From: an uncultured Legionellales bacterium
GTDB taxonomy: Bacteria; Pseudomonadota; Gammaproteobacteria; UBA1113
Length of the DNA stretch: 64,000 nucleotides
Reading direction: 5' to 3'
Assembly (NCBI GenBank): GCA_945957175.1
Contig: CAMFJL010000001.1
Location: 49,346-113,345, forward strand
The notes beneath the pieces were generated by a model, which was not told the DNA's origin, ran no database searches, and saw only the letters and a list, made by a program, of their open reading frames with translations. Below, piece by piece: positions 46,303 through 55,980 of this stretch. Positions within the stretch are counted from its first letter, which is position 1. Every line of letters starts with the position of its first letter. Position numbers and translations under genes: made by a program.

Positions 46303-47913
46303 ATGAATAATAATAACATAACAGGCTCAGCCGAAGAGCAGGAACCTTTATTGCCTGTGATTGTATCGTCTCAGTCGAATAATACAGCAAAGTCTTTGCC
46401 AGAAAAGCTCTACGAAATATTAGATATGCCTTTGGGTATAATCAATGTTGTCGGCGAGGGAGCTAGCAATTTCATTGGCTATACCACTTTTATGATAGCT
46501 TTTTTGAAAAATTTAATAAGACTTATAAATGAAAATAAAGACGATAATGATCCGCGATGGGTTATTATTACTGCATTTCTTTTTGCAATTTCGACATCGT
46601 TGCTTATGGCTTATGCACATTATTTGCAAAATAATGTTGAAAGCAAAGAAAACATTGAAAATGATGAGTTACAACTACAAACGGATGAAGATGTGGCGAC
46701 AGATAGCGCTACAGAAGAAGACAAAGAACAAGATTTTCTTCATCATGAAGATTTACCGTCTCAGCGGCTAAAACTGACACGACCAACGAGTCTTGAGCTT
46801 CATTCTGTCACCAGCATGCCACGAGCCGATATCGATAAGTCTGTAGAAATACTGGAAACAGTATCAAAATCTTCAGAAAAAGATGATCCTTTGAAGAAAT
46901 TTTGGATTAAGGTTGTTACGCTTGGTGCATTCATGGCAGAAACGCTAGATGCATCATCCGCGCTTATTTCTATGTTGCAAACATGGCTTAAAAATTTATC
47001 ACCTGGTCTTAATTTATTAATGCAATTGACAACGCTTGGGCTCGGTGGTGTTGTAGCTGTGCCAACAACAGCTAGCTTGTATATTGTTGTTAGGAAGTAT
47101 TTTTTTGACACCGATATGCGATTGCCTCATTGGATTCATCAATTAATCAATACCAGTGTTGTGATTAAAGTTTTCTTGGATGCTTCAAGTAATGCGATGT
47201 TTATCAATCTATTAGGCGATTTACTTGCTGAAGATGAGACTTTATCATGGATGTTTCATGCAAGTATCACAGCTGTTGCAGTGCCGCTCGCACTTAGCTT
47301 TGCATTACCCAATGGACAGGCGGAAAAATTATTAATAAATCCTGGAAAAACATGGAAACCAAGGGCATTTGAGTGGAAAAATGCAATAAAGTCAGGTTGT
47401 ATTTTCTGGCAGATGATATTAAGTCCATCGCAAAATGCTGTGAATTTACTATTGTATTTCTCCGGATCACCTAAATGGATCCCTGTTATTTTAGGCGCGG
47501 AGGCAGTCGTTACTCTTAAGTCCACAGTCAGACGTATTGTAGAGATGGATATGGTCGATAGAGATGGGGTGAATCCCTTGAATGTGGAAAAGCAGTCAGT
47601 GATTCGTTTTTCAAAGCCGGCTGAAGCGGGACTCACAACGTTGACGAGAATCTCTTCTTCACCTATCGCTGTCCCAACAACATCTTCGGATCTGACACCC
47701 CCTCCGTCTCCTATCTATGTAGGAAGGCCTGGCAGACAACCCACGTTTTTCCAAATGCTGGAGGTTCAAGGCGGGTTTAATGCTGAGATGGTTCAGGCTC
47801 AGAGTGCGGCTAGCTCTAGCTCTAGTTCTGATTCTGACTGGGAACTAACGCTCTTAGCCGATGGGGTTGCTGCTGAAGGATCGGATTCCGATGTGTTTAG
47901 GCTTGATAGATAA
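46303..47913 (+). CDS. Hypothetical polytopic membrane protein (536 aa) with an acidic insert and Ser-rich C-terminus
   Basis: About 8 hydrophobic segments. Acidic 'TDEDVATDSATEEDKEQD'. C-terminal 'AASSSSSSDSD'. Divergent from the 44806..46131 ORF. Confidence 0.65.
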   Translation: MNNNNITGSAEEQEPLLPVIVSSQSNNTAKSLPEKLYEILDMPLGIINVVGEGASNFIGYTTFMIAFLKNLIRLINENKDDNDPRWVIITAFLFAISTSLLMAYAHYLQNNVESKENIENDELQLQTDEDVATDSATEEDKEQDFLHHEDLPSQRLKLTRPTSLELHSVTSMPRADIDKSVEILETVSKSSEKDDPLKKFWIKVVTLGAFMAETLDASSALISMLQTWLKNLSPGLNLLMQLTTLGLGGVVAVPTTASLYIVVRKYFFDTDMRLPHWIHQLINTSVVIKVFLDASSNAMFINLLGDLLAEDETLSWMFHASITAVAVPLALSFALPNGQAEKLLINPGKTWKPRAFEWKNAIKSGCIFWQMILSPSQNAVNLLLYFSGSPKWIPVILGAEAVVTLKSTVRRIVEMDMVDRDGVNPLNVEKQSVIRFSKPAEAGLTTLTRISSSPIAVPTTSSDLTPPPSPIYVGRPGRQPTFFQMLEVQGGFNAEMVQAQSAASSSSSSDSDWELTLLADGVAAEGSDSDVFRLDR

Positions 47914-47952
47914 ATACCTTATAAGGCAAAGTATAGACTGAAGCAACATACG

Positions 47953-48055
47953 AGTCTTTCGCCTTTCAAGCTGCGATTTTGTTACTAAGGGTGTTCGGCG
48001 TCGGTCATGTACTATACGACATTCCCTCTGCCCTTGTCGCAACTTGCAATCCTTT
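47953..48055. repeat. MITE-like element: family B arm plus a degenerate inverted A core plus an inverted arm
   Basis: 'CAAGCTGCGA' (47967-47976) and 'TCGCAACTTG' (48037-48046) are inverted, 9 of 10. The interior 'cattccctctgcccttgtcg' is a degenerate inverted A core. Confidence 0.6.
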
Positions 48056-48064
48056 AGGTATATA

Positions 48065-48793
48065 TTATTTTTTACCACGCACTATATGTACTGGCGGAAA
48101 CATGCGCCAATAACGCTGGCTTCGATGAACATGGCTCCAACCTAAAGCTTTTAAATGTCGCATATATTCTTTAGTAAACTGAAAATCTAATAGTGCAATT
48201 TTGCCACCTGGTTTTAACACTCGTGTTATCTCGGCAAAGGCTTGCTCACGTTCTGCAGTTTTAGCTATATTATGGATAGCCATGCTCGAGATGATAACGT
48301 CAAATTGCTCATCAGCGAAGGGCATTTGGCGCATATCACCAGTTTTAAGCGTGGTTCTATCAGTGATTTGCTCTTTTTGAATAAGCGCTATCGTTTGTTG
48401 TTCACTATTAGCAGATAAATCAGCTTTAGACCATAGATCGAGACCCACCGCCAGGCCGCCCTGCGAGAGCTGCTTTGCTGCAGCTATCAACAATAAACCA
48501 CGTCCACAACCTATATCTAACAGTATTTCATCGCCGTTTAATTGCAGATCTGCAATTAATTTATCTCGCATAATCATTTTGCCAGCCAAACTACTGTAGA
48601 GCATCCAAAGTAACATCACAAGCTGCCAAATACCGATCATCAAGAAAAGTATCAATAAGATAATTGCCCAAATGGGATGGTGAATTTCTAACACAATATA
48701 ACTACCAGCAGCTATGATAAAAGCTACGATGGCTACGACAGCTAAATGACGAATCACTGGTGGCGCATCAATACCATAAGCTTTGTTAAACAT
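48065..48793 (-). CDS. Class I SAM-dependent methyltransferase with an N-terminal two-TM anchor
   Basis: Motif I 'LLDIGCGRGLL', 'VLKPGGKIALLD'. Start at 'MFNKAYG' (ATG 48793) after 'gaggg'. Confidence 0.8.
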   Translation of the reverse strand: MFNKAYGIDAPPVIRHLAVVAIVAFIIAAGSYIVLEIHHPIWAIILLILFLMIGIWQLVMLLWMLYSSLAGKMIMRDKLIADLQLNGDEILLDIGCGRGLLLIAAAKQLSQGGLAVGLDLWSKADLSANSEQQTIALIQKEQITDRTTLKTGDMRQMPFADEQFDVIISSMAIHNIAKTAEREQAFAEITRVLKPGGKIALLDFQFTKEYMRHLKALGWSHVHRSQRYWRMFPPVHIVRGKK

Positions 48794-48926
48794 TAAAAAA
48801 CCCTCATTCTGCTTATCATTCAAGCATATCATTTGCTTTTAAATTAAGAAAGCATGGGCAGCCACAAGGATTACTACAATAAATCTTAGTGACACGGTAT
48901 GCTGTTTCTCTGTTCTGGATCTAAAC

Positions 48927-49007
48927 GTAGGGGCACGGCGTGCCGTGCCTAAGGTCAGCGCTGAGTAGAGCGTAATTTCAAAAGGGCACGATACATCGTG
49001 CCCCTAC
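48927..49007. repeat. Family C repeat, long hairpin form
   Basis: 'GTAGGGGCACG' (48927-48937) and 'CGTGCCCCTAC' (48997-49007) are perfect inverted arms. Lies just downstream of the alr stop. A further C core is at 48856-48879. Confidence 0.7.
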
Positions 49008-49022
49008 AACCGGGCGCAGCAA

Positions 49023-50099
49023 TCATGATGGCAGATATCTATACTCAACCCTGGCTGTGAGCCCAGCTACCAATTCATAAGGACTGGTTTCCGCGGCTTT
49101 TGCGAGGTGTTCAATGGGTAATGTCGGGCCCCACAAGGTGACGTGAGTGCCGAGCTCAGGGGGTGTGTGACCACGTAAATCAATGGCAAGCAGATCCATC
49201 GATACCCGACCTATGACGGGTGCGGGTTGATTGGCAATCATCACTTGGGCGGAATGGCGCAGATACCTGGGATAACCATCACCATAACCGACGCGAATGA
49301 TACCGACCAACATATCTTCAGGGCAAATAAATGTGGCATTATAACCAACCCCTTCCCCTTGTTTAACGGGATAAACGGCGCAAAGTGGCGCCTGAAACTG
49401 CATGACTGGTTGCAGGCCTAAATCTGTCCCGGTTTTATCAGGAAAGGGGCTAATACCATAGAGCATGATCCCTGGGCGTATCCAATCCATATGGGTTTCG
49501 GGATAAGTCATGATGGCGGCTGAATTGGCCAAACTTTTAGGATAAGGCCAATCGTGTGTAAGTTCGTTAAAACAGGCTATTTGCTGCTGGATGCGGATTC
49601 CATCGGATTCTTCTGAGCTGGAAAAATGACTGATGATCCCTGCTATATCGATGTTCGAAGCGATTAGCATCTGATAAGCCGTCAATGCATCATCAGGCTT
49701 TAAACCAAGACGATTCATGCCTGTATTGATTTTAAGCCAAATACGCGCAGATTTTGGATGTTGCAAATGAAGTGTGACTTGTTTGGGCTGATGAATAACT
49801 AAATCAAGATGATATTGTTCAGCTAATTTAACTTCGCTAATATCAAGCGCGCCACATAGAACGACAATAGGTATTGTAATGCCATGTTGACGTAAGTTAA
49901 TGCCACCTTGCATTCTTGCAACGGCAAGCGCATCGACACCCGCTGCAACCAATGTGTCCGCTACATCGGATGCCCCATGACCATAGGCATTGGCTTTGAC
50001 CATGGCCATGATGCGAGATTGTGGCGCAAATTTGCGAATGACAGCAAGATTATGACGTAACGCATCTTGGCTGATATACGCAGTAGGTTGCGTTAGCAT
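49023..50099 (-). CDS. alr: Alanine racemase
   Basis: PLP-lysine motif 'MVKANAYGHG'. 358 aa. Classic dnaB-alr adjacency. Confidence 0.93.
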   Translation of the reverse strand: MLTQPTAYISQDALRHNLAVIRKFAPQSRIMAMVKANAYGHGASDVADTLVAAGVDALAVARMQGGINLRQHGITIPIVVLCGALDISEVKLAEQYHLDLVIHQPKQVTLHLQHPKSARIWLKINTGMNRLGLKPDDALTAYQMLIASNIDIAGIISHFSSSEESDGIRIQQQIACFNELTHDWPYPKSLANSAAIMTYPETHMDWIRPGIMLYGISPFPDKTGTDLGLQPVMQFQAPLCAVYPVKQGEGVGYNATFICPEDMLVGIIRVGYGDGYPRYLRHSAQVMIANQPAPVIGRVSMDLLAIDLRGHTPPELGTHVTLWGPTLPIEHLAKAAETSPYELVAGLTARVEYRYLPS

Positions 50100-50102
50100 A
50101 AA

Positions 50103-51506
50103 TTACTCCATCGTGTTAGCGTAACGCTGGCTATCCGCATAATTTTCAAAACGCGTATATTTACCTAAGAACGTCAGTGCAACTTTGCCGATAGGGCCAT
50201 TACGTTGTTTAGCAATAATGATTTCAGCTATCCCTTTATCACGCGTTTCTGGGTTATAGACTTCATCGCGATAGATAAATGTAATGAGATCTGCATCTTG
50301 CTCAATAGCACCCGATTCACGGAGATCTGACATGACAGGTCTTTTATCTGCGCGTTGCTCAAGACTACGATTGAGCTGTGATAATGCAATCACTGGGACA
50401 CGCAATTCTTTGGCTAAAGCTTTTAATGAGCGAGAAATTTCTGAAATTTCAGCAACACGATTATCCGAAAATTGGGGTACGCGCATCAGCTGTAAATAAT
50501 CAATCACAATCAGCCCCAGTTCACCCTGTTCGCGAGCCAGTCTTCGTGCACGTGAGCGAAGTTCTGTTGGCGTAAGTCCAGGTGTATCATCAATAAACAT
50601 TTTAGCGCTGCTAAGAAGGGCTACAGCAGAACCTAAGCGCGGCCAATCTTCATCTTCTAAGCGGCCGGTGCGAATTTTATTTTGCTCAATGCGACCTAGC
50701 GATGATAGCATTCTCATGGCCAAAGAATCACCGGGCATTTCCATACTAAATACAAGTACGGGCAGGCCTGAGCGAAGCGCTGCATGTTCTGCGATATTCA
50801 TTGCAAAGGTTGTTTTACCCATGGAAGGTCTGCCCGCAACAATCACTAAATCGGCAGGTTGAAGACCTGAGGTCATATTGTCAAAATCGGTATAACCGGT
50901 TTCAAGACCCGTAATAGATTGTTTTAATTTATATAATGTTTCAATGCGATGTATGGCATCCGCCGCTAAAGATTTGATATCTTGAGGACCTTGACCGCGT
51001 AAATCGTTTTGAGCAATTTCAAATACGCGCCGTTCTGCTTCATCTAAAAGACTTGCGCTGTCTCTGCCTTCAGGGCTAAATGCCGTATCGGCAATTTGAT
51101 GTGCAACGCCAATCAATTGGCGCAGTACTGAGCGTTCGCGCACAATATCAGCATAGGCTTTAATATTGGCAGTACTTGGGGTATTTTGCGCGATTTCAAA
51201 TAAATAGACTTCGCCACCGACGTGCTCAAGTTCGCCCATGGCTTTGAGCGTTTCGCTTAAGGTAATGGGATCGAAAGGTTGAGAGCGCGCTTCGAGCTGC
51301 CCCATGGCTTGAAAAATGAGGCGATGTTCATAGCGATAGAAATCTTGATCAGTGAGGCGTTCAACGACTTGGTCCCAGGCTTGATTATCAAGCAATAGAC
51401 CACCAAGAACGGCTTGTTCTGCTTCAAGCGAATGCGGCGCCATTTTAAGCGCCGCAACATCAGGATCAGCTTTCTTGGCACGGGGCCGTCCAGCTAGTGT
51501 TACCAT
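50103..51506 (-). CDS. dnaB: Replicative DNA helicase
   Basis: 'PHSLEAEQAVLGGLLLDN', Walker A 'GRPSMGKTTFA', 'IVIDYLQLM'. Confidence 0.96.
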   Translation of the reverse strand: MVTLAGRPRAKKADPDVAALKMAPHSLEAEQAVLGGLLLDNQAWDQVVERLTDQDFYRYEHRLIFQAMGQLEARSQPFDPITLSETLKAMGELEHVGGEVYLFEIAQNTPSTANIKAYADIVRERSVLRQLIGVAHQIADTAFSPEGRDSASLLDEAERRVFEIAQNDLRGQGPQDIKSLAADAIHRIETLYKLKQSITGLETGYTDFDNMTSGLQPADLVIVAGRPSMGKTTFAMNIAEHAALRSGLPVLVFSMEMPGDSLAMRMLSSLGRIEQNKIRTGRLEDEDWPRLGSAVALLSSAKMFIDDTPGLTPTELRSRARRLAREQGELGLIVIDYLQLMRVPQFSDNRVAEISEISRSLKALAKELRVPVIALSQLNRSLEQRADKRPVMSDLRESGAIEQDADLITFIYRDEVYNPETRDKGIAEIIIAKQRNGPIGKVALTFLGKYTRFENYADSQRYANTME

Positions 51507-51511
51507 GGTAA

Positions 51512-51964
51512 TTACTTATCTTCAACAACAAGAACTTTTACATAGGTAGAAACATCGGCGTGTAACTCAAGTAACAACTCGAGTTCGCCGACTTGACGAA
51601 TCACGCCATTAGGCATCATCACTTCACTTTTGTGAACTTCAACACCAGCAGCATCGCTTATGGCCAAAGCAACATCACGTACGCCGATTGAACCATAAAG
51701 TCGACCTTCGTCAGCTGCACGGGCTTTGATGGTAACAACTAAATCTTTCAATTTCTCAGCGCGTTGTTCAGCCTTTTTATGGGCCGCAATCGCTGCTTGC
51801 TCTAAATCTTTGCGACGTTCAGCAAAACTTGCCAAATTAGCTTTCGTTGCGGGTACCGCTTTACCGTAAGGAATAAGGTAATTACGGCCAAACCCAGGTT
51901 TGACTTTCACTTGAGCGCCAAAGTCGCCTAAGTTACGTACTTTTTCTAATAAAATGATTTCCAT
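51512..51964 (-). CDS. rplI: 50S ribosomal protein L9
   Basis: 'MEIILLEKVRNLGDFGAQVKVKPGFGRNYLIPYGKAV'. Confidence 0.93.
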   Translation of the reverse strand: MEIILLEKVRNLGDFGAQVKVKPGFGRNYLIPYGKAVPATKANLASFAERRKDLEQAAIAAHKKAEQRAEKLKDLVVTIKARAADEGRLYGSIGVRDVALAISDAAGVEVHKSEVMMPNGVIRQVGELELLLELHADVSTYVKVLVVEDK

Positions 51965-52066
51965 CACAAAACCTCTTTAAAATAACAACGAAACTTTCAC
52001 TGTAAGGGCAAATCCAAACGGAATTCAGTACAAGACTGGCCCTTACACATAAAAATTTACATCCCA

Positions 52067-52996
52067 CTACAATTGTAAACGCCGCAAATCGATGATGCTA
52101 TCGAGTATGCCAAGTGCGCTTAACAGTATGAATCCACTGAGTGGATAAAATACACATGCCACTAAGGCAATGATGCCCCACAACCAAGGCAAGGGCCATC
52201 GACCTATTTGCCAATAAGCATACAGCACCCCAGCGGTTATGGTAACAAGGGCCATCCAGGCTAGCGCATCAGCTGCCCAGAGCCAATTGGGTCTTAACCC
52301 ATAAGCGAGCAACAATAATACCATAATGACGCCAAAGATGCGATGCAATCGAAAAGCCATCAACTCATCGTGCAGATTACCAACACCCATCACTTTATGC
52401 TGCCAGAAGCGAGCGAGTCCAAGATTAAACAAGGATGCAAATACGACACCACTTATCCAAAAACTACTCGCCATGACTGCCAGCAATGAAATCATGGTCG
52501 GTGTTAACCAAAACCCTGTGATGACCTCCCAGGTTTTCATGAGTGCAGCGCCACCAGGTATGGCACTTGTAAATACCAACACACTGCTGACCTGTTGATT
52601 TAACTCGCCAAGTCCTTCGTTAAGCTTTTGCACCCAATAACTATGCAAGTGTGGCACAGTCATATGCAAGATAATCACGGTCAGCAGGCCAAGACCTGCA
52701 AAACCATTCAACAATTTATTCCACTGGCTGCTTTTGCGAAGCACCATGGCGCTCAGCCAAATTAAATAAAAACTCAGCTGATCAGCAAAAGCGGCTAAAT
52801 TCCATTGAAAATCATAGTGCCAAGTCTCCAAGGCAGAAACGAGCAACAAAGTGATGATGCTCGCTGTAATTGCCTCACTTAACACCATGATGGCAATGAT
52901 AATACTGCTTAGCCAATCTAGCCACGGAAAAATTGCCAAAAAAATGGCGACAATCGCGGCAAAAACAGGGTATTTGACTAAGCCCCGTGTTAGCAT
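52067..52996 (-). CDS. Polytopic membrane protein between rpsR and rplI (DUF2232/YybS-like by position)
   Basis: 309 aa with about 8 TM segments. Same strand as, and embedded in, the ribosomal gene string. The family call is tentative. Confidence 0.55.
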   Translation of the reverse strand: MLTRGLVKYPVFAAIVAIFLAIFPWLDWLSSIIIAIMVLSEAITASIITLLLVSALETWHYDFQWNLAAFADQLSFYLIWLSAMVLRKSSQWNKLLNGFAGLGLLTVIILHMTVPHLHSYWVQKLNEGLGELNQQVSSVLVFTSAIPGGAALMKTWEVITGFWLTPTMISLLAVMASSFWISGVVFASLFNLGLARFWQHKVMGVGNLHDELMAFRLHRIFGVIMVLLLLAYGLRPNWLWAADALAWMALVTITAGVLYAYWQIGRWPLPWLWGIIALVACVFYPLSGFILLSALGILDSIIDLRRLQL

Positions 52997-53017
52997 ATCT
53001 TAAATGACAAACAACAA

Positions 53018-53245
53018 TTAGTAATGATGTCTGTCAGTAAAAGGTAATAACGCTAAAAAGCGTGCTTTCTTAATCGCTTTAGCTAACATACGTTGATGCT
53101 TGGCAGATACCCCGGTAATACGCGCAGGTACAATAGAACCAGTTTCAACAGTAATGTATTTTTTTAACGTTGCTAAATCTTTGTAATCAATTTCATTAAC
53201 GCCGTTACTCGTAAATGGACAGTGTTTACGACTTTTACGCATCAT
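53018..53245 (-). CDS. rpsR: 30S ribosomal protein S18
   Basis: '[51 protein letters not shown]'. Confidence 0.95.
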   Translation of the reverse strand: MMRKSRKHCPFTSNGVNEIDYKDLATLKKYITVETGSIVPARITGVSAKHQRMLAKAIKKARFLALLPFTDRHHY

Positions 53246-53258
53246 AAGCTCCTCAATA

Positions 53259-53624
53259 TTAGTTCATTTCTTCCAGCGCATCTTCGCGCGGACTATGTTT
53301 TTCATCTTTCGTTCGCAACATAATCGAAGCTTCAGTGATAGGCGCTTTTTTGATTTCGATTAAGTGACGCAAAATGGCATCATTGAATCGAAAGTTATGA
53401 ACCAATTCATCCAACACAGCATCATTACATTCGATATTCATCATGACGTAATGGGCTTTGTGTAAGTTGTTGATAGGATAGGCCAATTGGCGACGACCCC
53501 AGTCTTCGAGACGGTGAAGTTTGCCTTGATGGGTTTCAAGTAGTGCTTTGTACCGGTCAATCATTGCCGGGACTTGTTCGCTTTGGTCAGGATGGACCAA
53601 AAATACAATTTCATAGTGACGCAT
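53259..53624 (-). CDS. rpsF: 30S ribosomal protein S6
   Basis: '[18 protein letters not shown]...[10 protein letters not shown]' with an acidic C-terminus. Confidence 0.95.
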   Translation of the reverse strand: MRHYEIVFLVHPDQSEQVPAMIDRYKALLETHQGKLHRLEDWGRRQLAYPINNLHKAHYVMMNIECNDAVLDELVHNFRFNDAILRHLIEIKKAPITEASIMLRTKDEKHSPREDALEEMN

Positions 53625-53816
53625 AAATTGCTCCTTATGGTTTCACGTATGGGTAAAGCTTTCGTAGTTTTGAATCCACGTAAAGCAAGGAGAAGACGCT
53701 GGCAAGGTGACAGCTATCTTAAGGAAACAGATTAACTGCTTCCAATCGAGCCGAACATCATATCATAGCGGTGTGATAGAGTAAAGCACCATACCCGTGA
53801 TCAGTTAACATGCATC

Positions 53817-53900
53817 TTTTTGTCATCGCTGCGCGATAGTTTATTACCCCTTATCCGGTCCTCGGCCACTATCGTACACAGGCGAAGAAGGGCATCTTTA
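53817..53900 (+). repeat. Family A dispersed repeat copy
   Basis: 'tgtcatcgctgcgcgatagtttattaccccttatccggtcctcggccactatcgtacacaggcgaagaagggcat'. Abuts the PAP2 gene stop codon. Confidence 0.7.
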
Positions 53901-54497
53901 GTTTTTTATCCAGTGTAATCGAATGGGGATCGCAAAAAGTTTGCGATAAATCCAGAGCAATGGCGAGAGTAAAACGCGAGCTATGATTTTTTTACATGGA
54001 AGTATTACAATTGCTGATAAAAAGCCTAGAACTAAGCCGCCTAATATATCAAGCGGAAAGTGAATGCCGACATAAATGCGGGCCCATCCAACTAGCAAGG
54101 TCATTATCATAAAAAGGCAACCTAAGCACCTTGTACCTCGTTGCAACAGAAACGTAAAGCTCACTGCGGCTAAAAAGGTTGTGTGATCACTTGGGAATGA
54201 GCTATCCGGGACATGATTTAAATACATATGTCCTAGACCTAATGCAAATGGGCGAGGTTCAAACCACAAATGTCCAATTAAGGCACTGATGAGTAAAGCC
54301 AAGATACTGCTGATAACTGCAAGTAATACGGTTTGGCGTTTTTCGAGGCTGCCCCAGAGCCAAAGACCAGCAAGAATTACGGGTATAAGATAAATTAAAT
54401 CTTTAGCAGCAAAGATAGCTGCGTGTAAACGAAAACCGCTAAGACCCAAGGGGGCATTCATGGCAAGAAATAAATCATGATTCAATGTATGAAACAT
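53898..54497 (-). CDS. PAP2-family phosphatase (BcrC/undecaprenyl-diphosphatase-like)
   Basis: PAP2 motifs 'EPRPF', 'PSDHTT', 'VGIHFPLDILGG'. About 5 TM segments. Confidence 0.85.
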   Translation of the reverse strand: MFHTLNHDLFLAMNAPLGLSGFRLHAAIFAAKDLIYLIPVILAGLWLWGSLEKRQTVLLAVISSILALLISALIGHLWFEPRPFALGLGHMYLNHVPDSSFPSDHTTFLAAVSFTFLLQRGTRCLGCLFMIMTLLVGWARIYVGIHFPLDILGGLVLGFLSAIVILPCKKIIARVLLSPLLWIYRKLFAIPIRLHWIKN

Positions 54498-54618
54498 ATG
54501 ACATCAATCCTTCATCGTAAATGGTATCACAAAGATTATACCTGCGATCGTTAGAAATGCTAGATGTCCCATCTAAGCATTTTTTTCTAGGGACAATGTC
54601 CTAAAGCACCCCCCATTT

Positions 54619-55953
54619 TCAGTGATCGTGGATAGGTAACTTGGCAAATTTAGCATAATAAAAACCATCCATGTTGTACTGTCCTGATAAGCGTTGTCGG
54701 CCATATGTCGTTTTAACACCTAAGATTTCGGGTAAGTCGATGATGTTGACATCAGGGGTTTGTGATAACCATGCCGCAATGACAGCATCATTTTCCTGTG
54801 GAAACACCGAACAGGTACTGTAAATGAGAATGCCACCTGGCTTTAATAATGTCCAAAGTGCAGTTAATATGGCTAATTGTTGTTTCGGTAACTGTGCTAA
54901 ATCGGTTTCACGACGTAGATATTTAATATCAGGATGCCTTCGAATAATGCCACTGGCTGAGCAAGGCACATCCGCCAGAATCCTATCAAATGGCTGGTGA
55001 TCCCACCAGACGTTTGGGTCAGCAGCATCACCTATCACAATAAGCGCTTTTTGTCCCATTCGCTTTAAATTATCATGCAAACGTTTGGCACGTACTTCAC
55101 TGATTTCCAACGCGGTCACATGAAGATTATCAGCCTCATGTAGCAGGTGGCTGGTTTTGCCACCGGGGGCTGCGCAAGCATCAAGGACGCGCATACCTTG
55201 GGTTAACTCAAGCAACGGTGCAACCATTTGCGCACTGGCATCTTGCACTGCAATATCACCCTGGGCAAAGCCGGGTAATTCATGTACAGGACAGGCTTCA
55301 TCCAATACAATAGCGCTAGATGCAATGGCATGAGGTTTAGCTGTTTTGCCAACAGCTGCTAGTTTGATTAAGTAGTCAGCTACGGTGATTTTCCGTGTAT
55401 TCACGCGTAATACTAAGGGCGCTTGCTGCTGGTTGGCATGTAGCAGATTTTGCCAATCATCGGGCCAAGCTTGAGATAGCGCTTTTTGCCACCAATCTGG
55501 ATGGTTAAAGTCTTGTTGAGCGCTTGTTGTCTTTAATGTCAGTTCAGAATCATCTGTGACTTTCCGAAGTACAGCATTCACAACAGCTTTTGCCCAAGGT
55601 TTTCCGAGTGCGGTTACTGCTGAAACCGTTTCATGAACGATAGCATGTGCTGGTTTTTTCTGATAAACCAGCTGAAATAGGGCAAAGCAGAGCAAATACT
55701 CAAGTTGTTTATCTTTGGATTTAAAAGGCGTTTTAAGTCTTTGTTGAATTTGTCTCAAAAGGCTTGGATAGTAGCGTAATACCCCATATAATCCAGCTTG
55801 AATCACGGCTTTGTCTTGCGGGCGGATGCTGGCCGGCAATTGCGCCAGGACTTCATTAAGAGAGAGTCCTTGTTGTAATACGGCAGCCAAACCTTGACAG
55901 ACCGATGTACGCAGAGATCTCATAGCTTGAGCGGATACCGCCTGTTTTGTCAT
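54619..55953 (-). CDS. rsmB: 16S rRNA (cytosine967-C5)-methyltransferase
   Basis: NusB-like N-terminus. 'DACAAPGGKT', 'DVPCSASG', 'YSTCSVFPQEN'. Confidence 0.9.
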   Translation of the reverse strand: MTKQAVSAQAMRSLRTSVCQGLAAVLQQGLSLNEVLAQLPASIRPQDKAVIQAGLYGVLRYYPSLLRQIQQRLKTPFKSKDKQLEYLLCFALFQLVYQKKPAHAIVHETVSAVTALGKPWAKAVVNAVLRKVTDDSELTLKTTSAQQDFNHPDWWQKALSQAWPDDWQNLLHANQQQAPLVLRVNTRKITVADYLIKLAAVGKTAKPHAIASSAIVLDEACPVHELPGFAQGDIAVQDASAQMVAPLLELTQGMRVLDACAAPGGKTSHLLHEADNLHVTALEISEVRAKRLHDNLKRMGQKALIVIGDAADPNVWWDHQPFDRILADVPCSASGIIRRHPDIKYLRRETDLAQLPKQQLAILTALWTLLKPGGILIYSTCSVFPQENDAVIAAWLSQTPDVNIIDLPEILGVKTTYGRQRLSGQYNMDGFYYAKFAKLPIHDH

Positions 55954-55980
55954 AACGTGAACCTAAAAGGGGAATAACGA

